A stretch of DNA of 64,000 nucleotides, from positions 608,001 to 672,000 of the forward strand of contig CAVYGN010000002.1 of the NCBI GenBank assembly GCA_963768055.1, in the 5' to 3' direction. Every line of letters begins with the position of its first letter. Positions within the stretch are counted from its first letter, which is position 1. The notes below the pieces were generated by a model that saw nothing but the letters and a program-made list of their open reading frames with translations, ran no database searches and had not been told where the DNA came from. The stretch is from an uncultured Spirochaetota bacterium. GTDB taxonomy: Bacteria > Spirochaetota > Brevinematia > Brevinematales > JAOACQ01. Shown piece after piece: positions 40,611 to 50,910 of the stretch. The position numbers were made by a program, and so were the translations under genes.

Positions 40611-40746
40611 GACTTCTCCATAATTTTTCTTTTATATTATTTTAACAGCTGCCCTGGCCAAAATCAAGAACTAAGACTGGAGCAGATAACTTTAATAATA
40701 TTTCAATCCTTGCTATAATTAACAAACAATTATGGGAGAATTTCGC

Positions 40747-41829
40747 ATGGACAATCTAATCTATTATGCCGCTTTAAGTTCAAATGTGGCGATAGGCCCA
40801 AGGAGATTCGCTAAAATAAAATCGCAATTTGAAAATATTAAAGATTTTTTCAATCTTAATACAAAAGAAATGATGGAATTTTTAAGAATAAAAAATAAAA
40901 ATACAAAGAATACTTTTGATAAAATGCTCAGCCGGGGGGAAAAAATCCTTAAAATATGTGAATATAAAAATATACAGCTTATAACCAGAGACGATCCTCT
41001 TTACCATCATCGATTAAAGGATATTCCCGATCCCCCTTACCTTTATTATCAAAAAGGACTTATGGATTACAGCAAAAAATTGGCCGCTGTAATAGGCACA
41101 AGGGAGGTCAGCGCAGAATCTGCTTCTATAAATGAATATTTCACAAAAGAACTTATAACTTATAACATTGGCATAGTAAGCGGCATGGCTAGAGGGCATG
41201 ACTCCATTGCTCATAAAACCGCCCTGGAGGGGAATGGTTTTACCGTGGCTGTCTTGGGTTGCGGGATCGATGAAATATATCCGGATGAGCACAGAGCTAT
41301 TTATAATGAAATTTGCGGTAAGGGAGTTGTCATTTCCGAATATTCCCCAGGCTCGGCTCCTTTAAAAGCACACTTTCCCTTAAGGAACAGGATTATCAGC
41401 GGACTTTCGGAAGTGGTATTGATCGTTCAGGCCCCTGAAAAATCAGGTTCATTAATTACTGCAAAATATGCGAAAATTCAGGGGCGGAAACTTTATGTCA
41501 TCCCCGGTAACCCTGCGGAAGCAATAAATAAAGGATCAAACACCCTTATTCTTAATGGAGCAAAAATCGCCCTTGATCCGATGAACATTGTTAACGATAT
41601 CATAGGTCCCGTCGCTCAAAATAAAACACATGTTTCAATTTCCAGGGAATCTTCAGGAGAACAAAAATCAATCCTCAAATATTTATACCGGGAAACATCA
41701 ATTGACGATCTTAAGGAATCAACAGGAATTGAACTGATAAAGCTTAACCATCTGTTAACTATAATGGAAATGAACGGACTTGTGATTCAATATCCCGGAA
41801 GAATATATAAAATGAAATCAAAAACTTGA
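40747..41829 (+). CDS. dprA: DNA-processing protein DprA/Smf
   Basis: DPPYL, VIGTR, VSGMARG, FPLRNRIISGLS, SGSLITA; C-terminal winged helix. Confidence 0.95.
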   Translation: MDNLIYYAALSSNVAIGPRRFAKIKSQFENIKDFFNLNTKEMMEFLRIKNKNTKNTFDKMLSRGEKILKICEYKNIQLITRDDPLYHHRLKDIPDPPYLYYQKGLMDYSKKLAAVIGTREVSAESASINEYFTKELITYNIGIVSGMARGHDSIAHKTALEGNGFTVAVLGCGIDEIYPDEHRAIYNEICGKGVVISEYSPGSAPLKAHFPLRNRIISGLSEVVLIVQAPEKSGSLITAKYAKIQGRKLYVIPGNPAEAINKGSNTLILNGAKIALDPMNIVNDIIGPVAQNKTHVSISRESSGEQKSILKYLYRETSIDDLKESTGIELIKLNHLLTIMEMNGLVIQYPGRIYKMKSKT

Positions 41830-41831
41830 CT

Positions 41832-44564
41832 TCAGTGAGCTTCACCCCAATTCACACCTACACCCACATCAGCCACAAGAGGAACTTCAAGTTTATAAGC
41901 ACTCTCCATAATTTGTTTGAGTTTATATTTCAAATTATCAGCTTCGGCTTCATCGGCTTCCAAAACAAGTTCATCATGAATTTGAAGAATCAATCGCGCA
42001 TTTGATTTTTGAGCAGAAAGAAATTTCTGCAACTCTATCATTGCAATTTTTATTATATCTGCAGCGCTTCCCTGCATCTTGGTATTTAATGCCATTCTCT
42101 GTGATGAATTCAGAAAACTCTGTTTAAAATCCTTACCCAACAGATCGGGAAATTTCCTATACCGACCTGATAAAGTCCTCACTTCCCCTGTTTCTTTTGC
42201 TTCAAGAAGAACCCTATCAACAAAAGCTTTTACCCCGGGAAAATTTTTGAAATAATCCTTGATGAAATCCCTGGCTTCCGTCAGAGGAATTCCTATCTGT
42301 TTTGACAGTCCGTACGCCTGGAGACCATAAATTATCCCAAAATTTACACTTTTTGCTTTTCTCCGCATTTCTTCCGTCACATCTTTTTCATCAACATTAA
42401 AAATTAAAGAGGCAGTATGCCTGTGTATATCGAGATGTTCTTTAAATGCCTTAAGCATATTTTCATCCCTGCAAAAATGGGCCAGTACCCTCAATTCAAT
42501 TTGGGAATAATCAGCACTGATTAAAACCCTGCCTTTATCCGCTATAAAGGCTTTCCTGATCTCCTTACCTATCTGATCCCTTACCGGAATATTCTGGAGA
42601 TTTGGATCACTTGATGAAAGCCTTCCTGTTGCTGTTATTGTTTGATTAAAACTTGTATGTATACGTCCGGTCCTTTCGAGGATCAATAAGGGAAGGGCAT
42701 CTAAGTATGTTCCTTTTAACTTTGAATACGTCCTGTATAGAAGGATCTCAGCCGGCAAAGGATGAATAGCAGCAAGCAAGGTCAATACCTCTTCATCTGT
42801 TGAGGCTTTACCGCCTATCGTTTTTTTTACTGTCCCGAGTCCGAGTTCCTCAAAAAGAACCTTGCTCAACTGAGGAGGAGAATTAATGTTGAACTTATGC
42901 CCCGCCAAATGATAGATATTACTTTCAACGGTTTTCATCAAGTCTTGTAATTTGACAGACAGGCCCTTCAATATTTCAGTGTCTATTTTGACTCCGGTTA
43001 TTTCCATTTCCGCAAGAACACTAAGGAGCGGTATTTCAATTCTGTAAAAAACATTATCCAGGCTTAAAGTTTCAATCAGAGGCTTTAGAATATTTTTAAG
43101 CCTCAAAGTCGAATCGGAATCGGAACAAGCATATTGTACAAGATTTTCTATAGGAACATCCAAAAGCGTTTTGTCCCGTTTTACCACATCCTTAAGGACA
43201 TCCTTATATTGTTTCTTTTTAAAACCCAGGTATTCAAAAACAAGACTTTCAAGGTTATTATGAGTTCTTGTGGGATTAATCAGATAAGCGGCGATCATGG
43301 TATCAAAGCCGACGCCTACGATAAAAATACCGATCTGCCTGAACACTTCGATCTCATATTTAATATTCTGTCCAATTTTCTGTATAGCAGAATCTTCAAG
43401 CACAGGTTTCAATGTGTCAATTACAAATTTACAATCAAAGTCCTGCCCTGCCGGGTAAAGCATAGGGATAAAAACTCCGTTTCCCTCCTCCAGTGAAATA
43501 GAAATTCCTATGATCGAAGCTTCATTAGGGTTTGGGGAGGTTGTTTCAGTATCCAGGGAAATATAATTTATTAATTTTATTTTCCTGATAAGTGATATCA
43601 TCTCATCTTTTTTTGTTATCAGCGAGTAATTCCCGCTGAATTCTTTAACTTCTGAGCCGCCAACCTCAAACGGACCAGAAATATTCATTTTTTTAATGTC
43701 CTGTATCAAGGATGAAAGCTGATAATATTCAAGCCTCTTGATAACTTCAGGCTTAAGAAAATCGCCAAAATCCAGGTTGTGAGTCATTTTAGTCTCGTCA
43801 AGAGGAAGATCGAGTTTTAAAAGGGCCAGTTTTTTACTTAGAAAAGCGTTATCCCTGCATGCTGTCAATTTTAATCTCGAGGCCTCTTTAATCTCCTCAA
43901 GATGCAAGTATATATCTTCGAGCGTGTGATATTTTGACAGAAGCGCCGCTGCGCCCTTTTCCCCTATGCCTTTTACACCCGGAATATTATCTGAAGCATC
44001 TCCAACCAATGCCAGAAAATCAGGTATCTGGTCAGGAAATATCCCGATACTTTCCAGGACTTCATCGCTTCCAAGAAGATTAACCTCACTTACACCATGC
44101 TGGGGCCTGATTGCTTTAACATTCCCTCCTACAAGCTGCAATAAGTCTTTATCACTCGATACTATATAAATATCATTATCCATTTTTAATTTTTCAGTCA
44201 GGGTACCGATAATATCATCCGCCTCATAATCCTCAAGTTCAATTACCGGAATTTTCATAATTTTAAGGGTTTCAAGGACTATAGGAATCTGGGTTTTCAG
44301 ATCGGGAGGGGTTTCTTCACGCTGAGCCTTGTAATCAGGATAAATCCTCTGCCTGAATGTTTTTCTGGAAAGGTCAAATGCAGTTATTATGGAATCGGGT
44401 TTGATATCCTTAATTATCATAAAGAGCATTTTCAGGAAACCGAACAAAGCGGAAGTATTTTCGCCTCTTGAAGTCGTAAGCGGACGGCTTAAAAAAGCAA
44501 AATACGCTCTATAGACAAGGCCAGTTCCATCAAGAAGAATGATCTTTTTCCCTTTTACAGACAA
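41832..44564 (-). CDS. polA: DNA polymerase I
   Basis: 5'-3' exonuclease (EADD, GDASDNIPGV), 3'-5' exonuclease LDTETT, polymerase motifs DYSQIELR, KSVNFGIIYG, QIHDEL. Confidence 0.98.
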   Translation of the reverse strand: MSVKGKKIILLDGTGLVYRAYFAFLSRPLTTSRGENTSALFGFLKMLFMIIKDIKPDSIITAFDLSRKTFRQRIYPDYKAQREETPPDLKTQIPIVLETLKIMKIPVIELEDYEADDIIGTLTEKLKMDNDIYIVSSDKDLLQLVGGNVKAIRPQHGVSEVNLLGSDEVLESIGIFPDQIPDFLALVGDASDNIPGVKGIGEKGAAALLSKYHTLEDIYLHLEEIKEASRLKLTACRDNAFLSKKLALLKLDLPLDETKMTHNLDFGDFLKPEVIKRLEYYQLSSLIQDIKKMNISGPFEVGGSEVKEFSGNYSLITKKDEMISLIRKIKLINYISLDTETTSPNPNEASIIGISISLEEGNGVFIPMLYPAGQDFDCKFVIDTLKPVLEDSAIQKIGQNIKYEIEVFRQIGIFIVGVGFDTMIAAYLINPTRTHNNLESLVFEYLGFKKKQYKDVLKDVVKRDKTLLDVPIENLVQYACSDSDSTLRLKNILKPLIETLSLDNVFYRIEIPLLSVLAEMEITGVKIDTEILKGLSVKLQDLMKTVESNIYHLAGHKFNINSPPQLSKVLFEELGLGTVKKTIGGKASTDEEVLTLLAAIHPLPAEILLYRTYSKLKGTYLDALPLLILERTGRIHTSFNQTITATGRLSSSDPNLQNIPVRDQIGKEIRKAFIADKGRVLISADYSQIELRVLAHFCRDENMLKAFKEHLDIHRHTASLIFNVDEKDVTEEMRRKAKSVNFGIIYGLQAYGLSKQIGIPLTEARDFIKDYFKNFPGVKAFVDRVLLEAKETGEVRTLSGRYRKFPDLLGKDFKQSFLNSSQRMALNTKMQGSAADIIKIAMIELQKFLSAQKSNARLILQIHDELVLEADEAEADNLKYKLKQIMESAYKLEVPLVADVGVGVNWGEAH

Positions 44565-44576
44565 TATGCCCTCGAA

Positions 44577-45698
44577 TTATTTCGAAGCCTTAACTTCTTC
44601 ATAAGCCCATTCAAGCCAGGGAAGAAGCATTTCAATATCCGATCTTTCAACTGTGGCTCCGCACCAAAACCGAAGACCTGCGGGAGCTTCACGATATGCA
44701 CCGCAATCATTAGCAACGCCTTCTTTTTCAAGCATCTTTACAAGGACTTTTATCTGATCTTCCGCGAGGTCGATTTTAAAACAGACGCTGGTATTCGACC
44801 TGATCTCTTTCGTTTCAGCGAGAAAATGTATCCAATCATGCGTTTTAACAAATTCTTCAAAAGTTTTTAAATTATCGTTCGATCTGTCAATAAGTCCTTT
44901 TAAACCGCCGACACCGTCGGCCCAGGCAAGCGCGTCAAGATAATCTTCATTACAGAGCATTGAAGGCGTATTAATAGTCGATCCCTCAAAAATTTCCTTC
45001 ATAACCTCGCCTTTTTTCGTCATACGGAATATTTTTGGCAGAGGCCATGCAGGCGTAAAAGTTTCAAGCCGTTTAACAGCCCTGGGAGATAAAACAAGCA
45101 TTCCATGCCCTGCTTCTCCGCCCAGGACTTTCTGCCAGGAAAATGTGACTACATCGAGTTTATTCCAGGGAATATTCATAGCAAAAACAGCCGAAGTCGC
45201 ATCGCAAATTGTAAGCCCATCCCTGCTATCCGATATCCAGTCGCCGTCAGGCACTTTCACACCGCTGGTTGTACCGTTCCAGACAAATACTATATCATTT
45301 GAAGGGCTGGCCATTTTCAGGTCGGGAATTTTACCGTAATCAGCCTGAAAAACCCTGACATTCGGTAATTTAAGCTGCTTCTGTATATCATCCGCCCATT
45401 CTTTGCCGAAAGATTCCCAGTAAAGCACATCAATGCCTCTAGGCCCAAGAAGAGACCAGAGGGCCATTTCCATTGCTCCAGTATCTGATGCGGGAACTAT
45501 TCCTACGAGATAATCCGCAGGAATTCCAAGCATTCGCTTTGTTTCCTCAATAGACTTTTGAAGCCTGGCTTTACCCAGAGAACTTCTGTGCGACCTGCCT
45601 AGAGGCGCGTTTTTAAGATTATCCAGTTTATATCCCGGCCTTTTAGCGCAGGGACCTGATGAAAAATTAGGAATAACAGGTTTTTTTTCTGGTTTCAT
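44577..45698 (-). CDS. serC: Phosphoserine aminotransferase (Methanosarcina/alphaproteobacterial type)
   Basis: [50 protein letters not shown]. Confidence 0.93.
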   Translation of the reverse strand: MKPEKKPVIPNFSSGPCAKRPGYKLDNLKNAPLGRSHRSSLGKARLQKSIEETKRMLGIPADYLVGIVPASDTGAMEMALWSLLGPRGIDVLYWESFGKEWADDIQKQLKLPNVRVFQADYGKIPDLKMASPSNDIVFVWNGTTSGVKVPDGDWISDSRDGLTICDATSAVFAMNIPWNKLDVVTFSWQKVLGGEAGHGMLVLSPRAVKRLETFTPAWPLPKIFRMTKKGEVMKEIFEGSTINTPSMLCNEDYLDALAWADGVGGLKGLIDRSNDNLKTFEEFVKTHDWIHFLAETKEIRSNTSVCFKIDLAEDQIKVLVKMLEKEGVANDCGAYREAPAGLRFWCGATVERSDIEMLLPWLEWAYEEVKASK

Positions 45699-45984
45699 AA
45701 TTTCCTCCATATTTACTAAAGAATTCAGTTCACTCTTTATATTTTACAATAATTTTATCTTGAAAAGCCAAATGACACAAAAAATTGAGGAATGAGAGTA
45801 TTATTAACTATTTTTTGGATTAATGGAAGAAACATTAAAAATGTATTCTCTTTTAATATAAGTAGTTATAAATAATTATGTTATATTATTGCCTGCAAAT
45901 ATTTATTATTATTTAATAATTTATTGATACAAATTAACAATTTTAGGGTATTAAGGTTAATATAAGATTTATAGGAGGTTCAGA

Positions 45985-46329
45985 ATGCAGGCTGGTGTGA
46001 ATGTTATCGTGGTTGAGGGAGGAGTTGTAAAAGACCCGGAGTTGAAATATACTTCGGACGGGCTGGCTTACTCGAAATTCGCTGTTGCTAACTCAAGCTT
46101 ATCCTTTAAAGATGGAGAGAAGTCAGAGGATGTCAATTATTTTGACATCAGCGTATGGGGAAAATTGGCGGAGATCTGTACGACTTACCTGAAAAAGGGA
46201 AGAAAAATCATTGTTTCAGGCAAGCTAAGACAATCCCGCTGGAAAACCGAGGAAGGCAAGAACCGCAGCGCTGTCCAGATTGTGGCGCATGATGTCAAAT
46301 TCATGCCTTTTCACAAAAAGGAAGAGTAA
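45985..46329 (+). CDS. ssb: Single-stranded DNA-binding protein, short form without acidic tail
   Basis: OB fold KDPELKYT, WGKLAE, YLKKG, GKLRQSRW; AGGAGG RBS; no DDIPF tail. Confidence 0.9.
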   Translation: MQAGVNVIVVEGGVVKDPELKYTSDGLAYSKFAVANSSLSFKDGEKSEDVNYFDISVWGKLAEICTTYLKKGRKIIVSGKLRQSRWKTEEGKNRSAVQIVAHDVKFMPFHKKEE

Positions 46330-46335
46330 CGCGGT

Positions 46336-46367
46336 TCCTTTCACCCTGCTAATGCAGGGTGAAAGGA
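46336..46367. terminator. 14-bp perfect hairpin between convergent genes
   Basis: TCCTTTCACCCTGC-taat-GCAGGGTGAAAGGA; no U-tract on either side. Confidence 0.6.
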
Positions 46368-46380
46368 GATATTATACGCA

Positions 46381-47682
46381 TTAAAATTTAATTAGTGTAT
46401 TAACAAAAGTATAGATGTATGAATAATTTTGATTTTCAGATGATTCATAATTGCCTTCGACGTTGATACTGAGTTTAATGTTATCCGATACATAGAAATC
46501 AATTGTGACTATTGTTGATATATTTCCATTAGTATTTGCAAATAAATCATCAAACCCATTGAAATTCTGCCTTAAAAAAGATAATTTTAGTCCTATCAAT
46601 TTTAATAAATCTTTTGATAATTCAAATGTAACAAGAAGCGAGGGATTAATTTCATCAGAAAAGTATCCTTCATACTGAAAGTTTAATGAAAGCTTGTTAC
46701 TGACAAGAATAATGCCAGTAGAACCAACCCACCCCAAGGAATTATTTGAAAGAACGCCTAGGCTTTCATATTTGTAAGACCGTGTTACTTCATAAAACGT
46801 ATCAAAATAAGATGGGAGGAAATCGGGCTGCAATATCCTTAAAGCAAGAGAATAAGGAACAGTCTGAACAATAATACCGCTGATCCCGACCATTTCTCCC
46901 GACCCCTCATTTTGAATCGCAGCAATGTCGGCAAAACCCTTCAAAGAAAAATCCGAAATATCGACAAGAAATGTTCCAATATCAGCGCCATAGATTACGA
47001 CCTTGCCTTGACTATTAGTATTATAAGTGAATAAATAGGGATTATCTGCCGGTGGAAACTGGTCCTGATTATTTAAATCAGCCCCAAAAGTAAAACCTAT
47101 TTCCAGATTTGAAAAGATAGAATCGTTAATATCGATAAACGGCTTTATATAAGCTCTTATACCAAGGATATCCCAAAGAATGACGTTTTCTGCCATAGAT
47201 TCAAGACCGAAATAACCAAAATTAAGATCAAAAGCTAAACCAAGCATATTTACATCAGGATAGTTCAACTTGTCAGAATACCGGTTAAAAATAAACCCGT
47301 CTCCCAATGAAAATTCATCAATATCTCCGAGTTTAATAAACACAGGATCCTGACTGCTTCCCAGAGATAAATATTGAATTTTAAACAAGATTGCCCGCCA
47401 AGAGTTCCATTCGGTTGTTCTGAAATTTCCATTTGTATCAAAATCATAATTCAACTGCAAACCAAGACTTATAATCCAGAAATTGATTTCCGGTAACAAT
47501 CTTATTGTGTTGAAATTGTTGCTGTTTATCGACATTTCTCCATACAAAGCACTAATATTTAAAGCATTTTTAGTTATCTTATTAGTATAATTGTTCGAAT
47601 AATTTGAAATATCCTCCGCAAAAAAAGCCTTTGGAATAAAATAAATTAACAAAATTGGAATAATAAAACCATATAATTTCAT
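46381..47682 (-). CDS. Putative outer-membrane beta-barrel protein
   Basis: GGAGG RBS before MKLYG (47682); signal peptide; alternating beta-strand pattern; C-terminal Phe. Confidence 0.7.
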   Translation of the reverse strand: MKLYGFIIPILLIYFIPKAFFAEDISNYSNNYTNKITKNALNISALYGEMSINSNNFNTIRLLPEINFWIISLGLQLNYDFDTNGNFRTTEWNSWRAILFKIQYLSLGSSQDPVFIKLGDIDEFSLGDGFIFNRYSDKLNYPDVNMLGLAFDLNFGYFGLESMAENVILWDILGIRAYIKPFIDINDSIFSNLEIGFTFGADLNNQDQFPPADNPYLFTYNTNSQGKVVIYGADIGTFLVDISDFSLKGFADIAAIQNEGSGEMVGISGIIVQTVPYSLALRILQPDFLPSYFDTFYEVTRSYKYESLGVLSNNSLGWVGSTGIILVSNKLSLNFQYEGYFSDEINPSLLVTFELSKDLLKLIGLKLSFLRQNFNGFDDLFANTNGNISTIVTIDFYVSDNIKLSINVEGNYESSENQNYSYIYTFVNTLIKF

Positions 47683-47736
47683 CAATCCTCCAAACATATA
47701 TTTTATCGGTTTAGACATCTCCCAAAGTATCAAATA

Positions 47737-47764
47737 TTGACTTTTTTCTAATGTTTAATATAAT
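47737..47764 (+). promoter_or_regulatory. Sigma70 promoter
   Basis: TTGACT-16 nt-TATAAT upstream of the 47824 gene. Confidence 0.6.
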
Positions 47765-47823
47765 TATAGTAAAGTCTATTCTGACAGAAGCCCAATGTTG
47801 CTGTGTTCAGGACAGGATATTTT

Positions 47824-48483
47824 ATGCAGATTATTTTAAAAAGTAAAATAATTATCTTTTTTGGGCTTTTTGGATTTTTTTTTACAATGATCTTATGTCT
47901 CATAAGCGGCACTTCATTTTTCTCTATTGTTATAAAATCTATTGCCGGAGGAATAATCCTGGGCTCTATCGGGTTTGGTATCGATTACTTCTTTCAACGA
48001 ACGCTTTCCCAGGAAGATTATAATTCCCTGTTTAAGGTAAGCGGATCTGCGATTAAGGAATCAAACGACACAGAACTTAAACAGGACCATAAGTTTGATG
48101 TCACCGAAAATGCTGAACAAAACACTGAAGCTATATATCAGGACCTATATAAAAATAACATCAATAACGAATCAGCTGATCCTGAAAGCTCTAAAAAAGC
48201 AAATACCGAATCAAAAATATCTTATAACGACTATGACATTTCTCCTGAAGATAATTCGATACCGGATGCTGTTTCTAAATTTGAATCTAAACCGGCAGGC
48301 GCGATAAACGAAAATATATCAAAATTAAATACAGTTAGTAAAGAAGAGAAAATAAAGAATGAAAATCATTTAAACTCGATGGTACATGACAATAAAGTCA
48401 CATTCAAATTGAAAAATAAGGTCATAAATGCTGATCCAGGCATAGTTGCAAAGGCTATCAAAACTATATTACATAAAGAATAA
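47824..48483 (+). CDS. Hypothetical two-TM protein of the type found before fliA in spirochaetes
   Basis: Two N-terminal TMs, acidic linker, C-terminal DPGIVAKAIKTIL motif. Confidence 0.7.
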   Translation: MQIILKSKIIIFFGLFGFFFTMILCLISGTSFFSIVIKSIAGGIILGSIGFGIDYFFQRTLSQEDYNSLFKVSGSAIKESNDTELKQDHKFDVTENAEQNTEAIYQDLYKNNINNESADPESSKKANTESKISYNDYDISPEDNSIPDAVSKFESKPAGAINENISKLNTVSKEEKIKNENHLNSMVHDNKVTFKLKNKVINADPGIVAKAIKTILHKE

Positions 48484-48493
48484 GGGTAATTTA

Positions 48494-49612
48494 ATGGCCT
48501 TAGAAAGTGAAATTTTAACAAACAACTATGGCATACCTCCTGATTTTGCAAGAAATTTACTTGGTTTCATGCATAGCGATCTTGAAGCCGCTATAAAGAT
48601 AGTAGAAGCTTCGGAAAAAGACATAATAGTTTTAAAAGCTAAATTTATTGCAAATAAAAAGATGTTCTATGGCGCTTTAATGATTTTTTTTAATTTCCAG
48701 ACACGCCTTCCCGAGTATATTTTTGCCGTAATTTCAAATAATGCAAACCTTACAAAAGTAAGTGTTGAATCGGGGTGGCAAAGTAATTTCCAGATATTGC
48801 TAGATTACCTGACTGATCCGCAATGTAATCTGGAATTATCCTCAAAGGCCGAATCACAAATAGTAACACCTGATAATATCAATTATCTAGCCAGCTTTTT
48901 CTCGGATCATTATAATATCGATCTTGTAAATTTAAAAAGATATTTAATGAGTGAACTATCCAAAGTCTTTACGGACACCGGTATAGTCCTGAAAATTTCC
49001 ACCGAGCAGACAAATATCTTCCACTTTTCCTCTTTTTTAAAAACAGTTCAGGTCGGATATAAAATACAACAGCAGTTAAAAGTCGATTTTATAACCCTTC
49101 TCAATATAAGGGTTGAACCTATTTTAGCACCGCTTGGGGGTTATGACGTAGACAAAATGGAAATTTATGATGAGCTCCTTGTTAAAATTAATGATGACCG
49201 GGAAATTGTACATTTTATTATGGGCTATTTCGACACTACAAATTTAGCACCGGGTAACCTATATGGAAGATTAGTTTTTAACCAAAAGTCTCAAACATCA
49301 CAAGGGCATCTATTAATAATTGAGTTTGCTCCAGGAATTTACGGCCGCTTTATATTAGGAGAAAAAATAAGAATACAGGTTAGAAAAAATACACAAAAAA
49401 TACCTCCCGAAAAGCCAATGGATATTAAGCAGGTTGAAGAGTTATCATATTTGACCACCGATTATCAAGACGAATTATCACAGAAAAAAGAAGCCGAAAC
49501 AAATAATAACCTGTTCGAAAGTGAAAAAAAGATAAATATTTATGCCATAATACTAATAATCGCGGCAGGTCTTGGGTTTGTTTTAGTTATCTTCCTTTGG
49601 TTAATGAGTTGA
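48494..49612 (+). CDS. Hypothetical protein, DUF4899-like, with C-terminal TM anchor
   Basis: VEPILAPLGG...DELLVKIND.RE...EFAPGIYG pattern; C-terminal hydrophobic helix. Confidence 0.6.
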   Translation: MALESEILTNNYGIPPDFARNLLGFMHSDLEAAIKIVEASEKDIIVLKAKFIANKKMFYGALMIFFNFQTRLPEYIFAVISNNANLTKVSVESGWQSNFQILLDYLTDPQCNLELSSKAESQIVTPDNINYLASFFSDHYNIDLVNLKRYLMSELSKVFTDTGIVLKISTEQTNIFHFSSFLKTVQVGYKIQQQLKVDFITLLNIRVEPILAPLGGYDVDKMEIYDELLVKINDDREIVHFIMGYFDTTNLAPGNLYGRLVFNQKSQTSQGHLLIIEFAPGIYGRFILGEKIRIQVRKNTQKIPPEKPMDIKQVEELSYLTTDYQDELSQKKEAETNNNLFESEKKINIYAIILIIAAGLGFVLVIFLWLMS

Positions 49613-49659
49613 CATTATAAAGGAGGATTTTTGTAATAAAAAAAAAAATAATATATAAT
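49609..49659 (+). promoter_or_regulatory. Tandem sigma70-like promoters upstream of fliA, second with an A11 spacer
   Basis: TTGACA(49609)-17-TGTAAT and TTGTAA(49631)-17-TATAAT(49654). Confidence 0.55.
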
Positions 49660-49716
49660 TGTATGCTATTTTATTACATTAATTAAAATTAGTTTCTTAA
49701 ACAGAGGGAGAAGTTT

Positions 49717-50520
49717 ATGAGAGGTTACGAAGAGTTTGACCAGCTCTCTGAAGAAGAACTATGGGATGATTATTCAAAATCTCATAACCAAAAGCTAAGA
49801 AATTTTTTTATAGAGAAATATGCGCCTTTAGTTAAATATGTTGCCGGAAGAGTCGCAATGAATGTCCCCAGTTCAGTAGAATTCTACGATTTAGTAAGTT
49901 ATGGGGTTCTTGGGCTGATCGACGCAATTGATAAATTCGACCCAAAAAGAGAAATAAAATTCAAAACATATGCAGTAACCCGTATCAGAGGATCAATCTT
50001 CGACCAATTAAGAGCTATCGACTGGCTTCCACGCTCAGTGAGGCAGAAAGCCAAAGAAATTGAACGGACAATTGCTGATCTTGAAGCAAAACTGGGCCGT
50101 TCCGCTAACGATGAAGAAATTGCCGACGCACTTGGTATTTCAATTCAAGAGTTTCATAATCTTCTGCTCCGTGTAAGTGGTAATTCATTAGTATCAATGG
50201 ATGAAAATTGGTATATAAATGACGGCGGAGACAATGCCCCCATGTCTATTGAAGACACACTTGAAAGTTCGGACACATATAATCCGGATGCCGCTGCTGA
50301 AAAAGAAGAAATAAAAAAAATGATCGCACGCTGTCTCATGGATTTACCCGATAGAGAAAAACAGGTTCTTATATTGTATTATTATGAAGGATTGACCCTT
50401 AAAGAAATAGGTACTATATTAAATGTAACAGAATCAAGAGTATCGCAATTACACACTAAAGCTATTATGATTCTAAGAGTAAAATTGGAAAAAATAAAAG
50501 AGGGCTTTATAAATAAATAA
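49717..50520 (+). CDS. fliA: FliA/WhiG family sigma factor (sigma-28)
   Basis: YAPLVKYVA, DLVSYG, KFKTYA..RIRGSIFDQLR..DW.PRSVR, LTLKEIG...TESRVSQLH. Confidence 0.95.
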   Translation: MRGYEEFDQLSEEELWDDYSKSHNQKLRNFFIEKYAPLVKYVAGRVAMNVPSSVEFYDLVSYGVLGLIDAIDKFDPKREIKFKTYAVTRIRGSIFDQLRAIDWLPRSVRQKAKEIERTIADLEAKLGRSANDEEIADALGISIQEFHNLLLRVSGNSLVSMDENWYINDGGDNAPMSIEDTLESSDTYNPDAAAEKEEIKKMIARCLMDLPDREKQVLILYYYEGLTLKEIGTILNVTESRVSQLHTKAIMILRVKLEKIKEGFINK

Positions 50521-50599
50521 TCGGCGCATCTTTATCCGTGTTACATTCAATATTCTAAAAACATTTTTAAGACACCGTTTTTATTATCTGGAGGAATTT

Positions 50600-50893
50600 A
50601 TGGTTGTGACTTATACCGGTAAAAATCTTGAAATTAACGACGAAATGAAAGATTATTTAGAAAAAAGACTTCAAAAATTCAAATTTTATTATCATCAGAT
50701 AATGAACATTAATACAGTGGTTGCCCTGCAGAGAGGACAATATTTTACAGAACTTAAAGTTACAGCAAACCGTGATTTTTATTTTGCTAAAGATTCCGGA
50801 TCGACATGGCAGGAATCTTTCGATGTTGTAACAGATAAAGTTGAAAAAGAGATTAAGAAAAAAAAAGATAAATTAACCGATCATCATAGTTAA
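50600..50893 (+). CDS. hpf: Ribosome hibernation factor HPF/RaiA (short form)
   Basis: TGKNLEI...YLEKRL..., SFD...DKVEKEIKKKKDK. Confidence 0.85.
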   Translation: MVVTYTGKNLEINDEMKDYLEKRLQKFKFYYHQIMNINTVVALQRGQYFTELKVTANRDFYFAKDSGSTWQESFDVVTDKVEKEIKKKKDKLTDHHS

Positions 50894-50910
50894 TAAAATG
50901 CGGTAATAAT

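Noticed and set aside
45711..45984. AT-rich intergenic region as a possible replication origin
   Set aside because: No clustered DnaA boxes (TTATCCACA-like) seen and no dnaA/dnaN nearby
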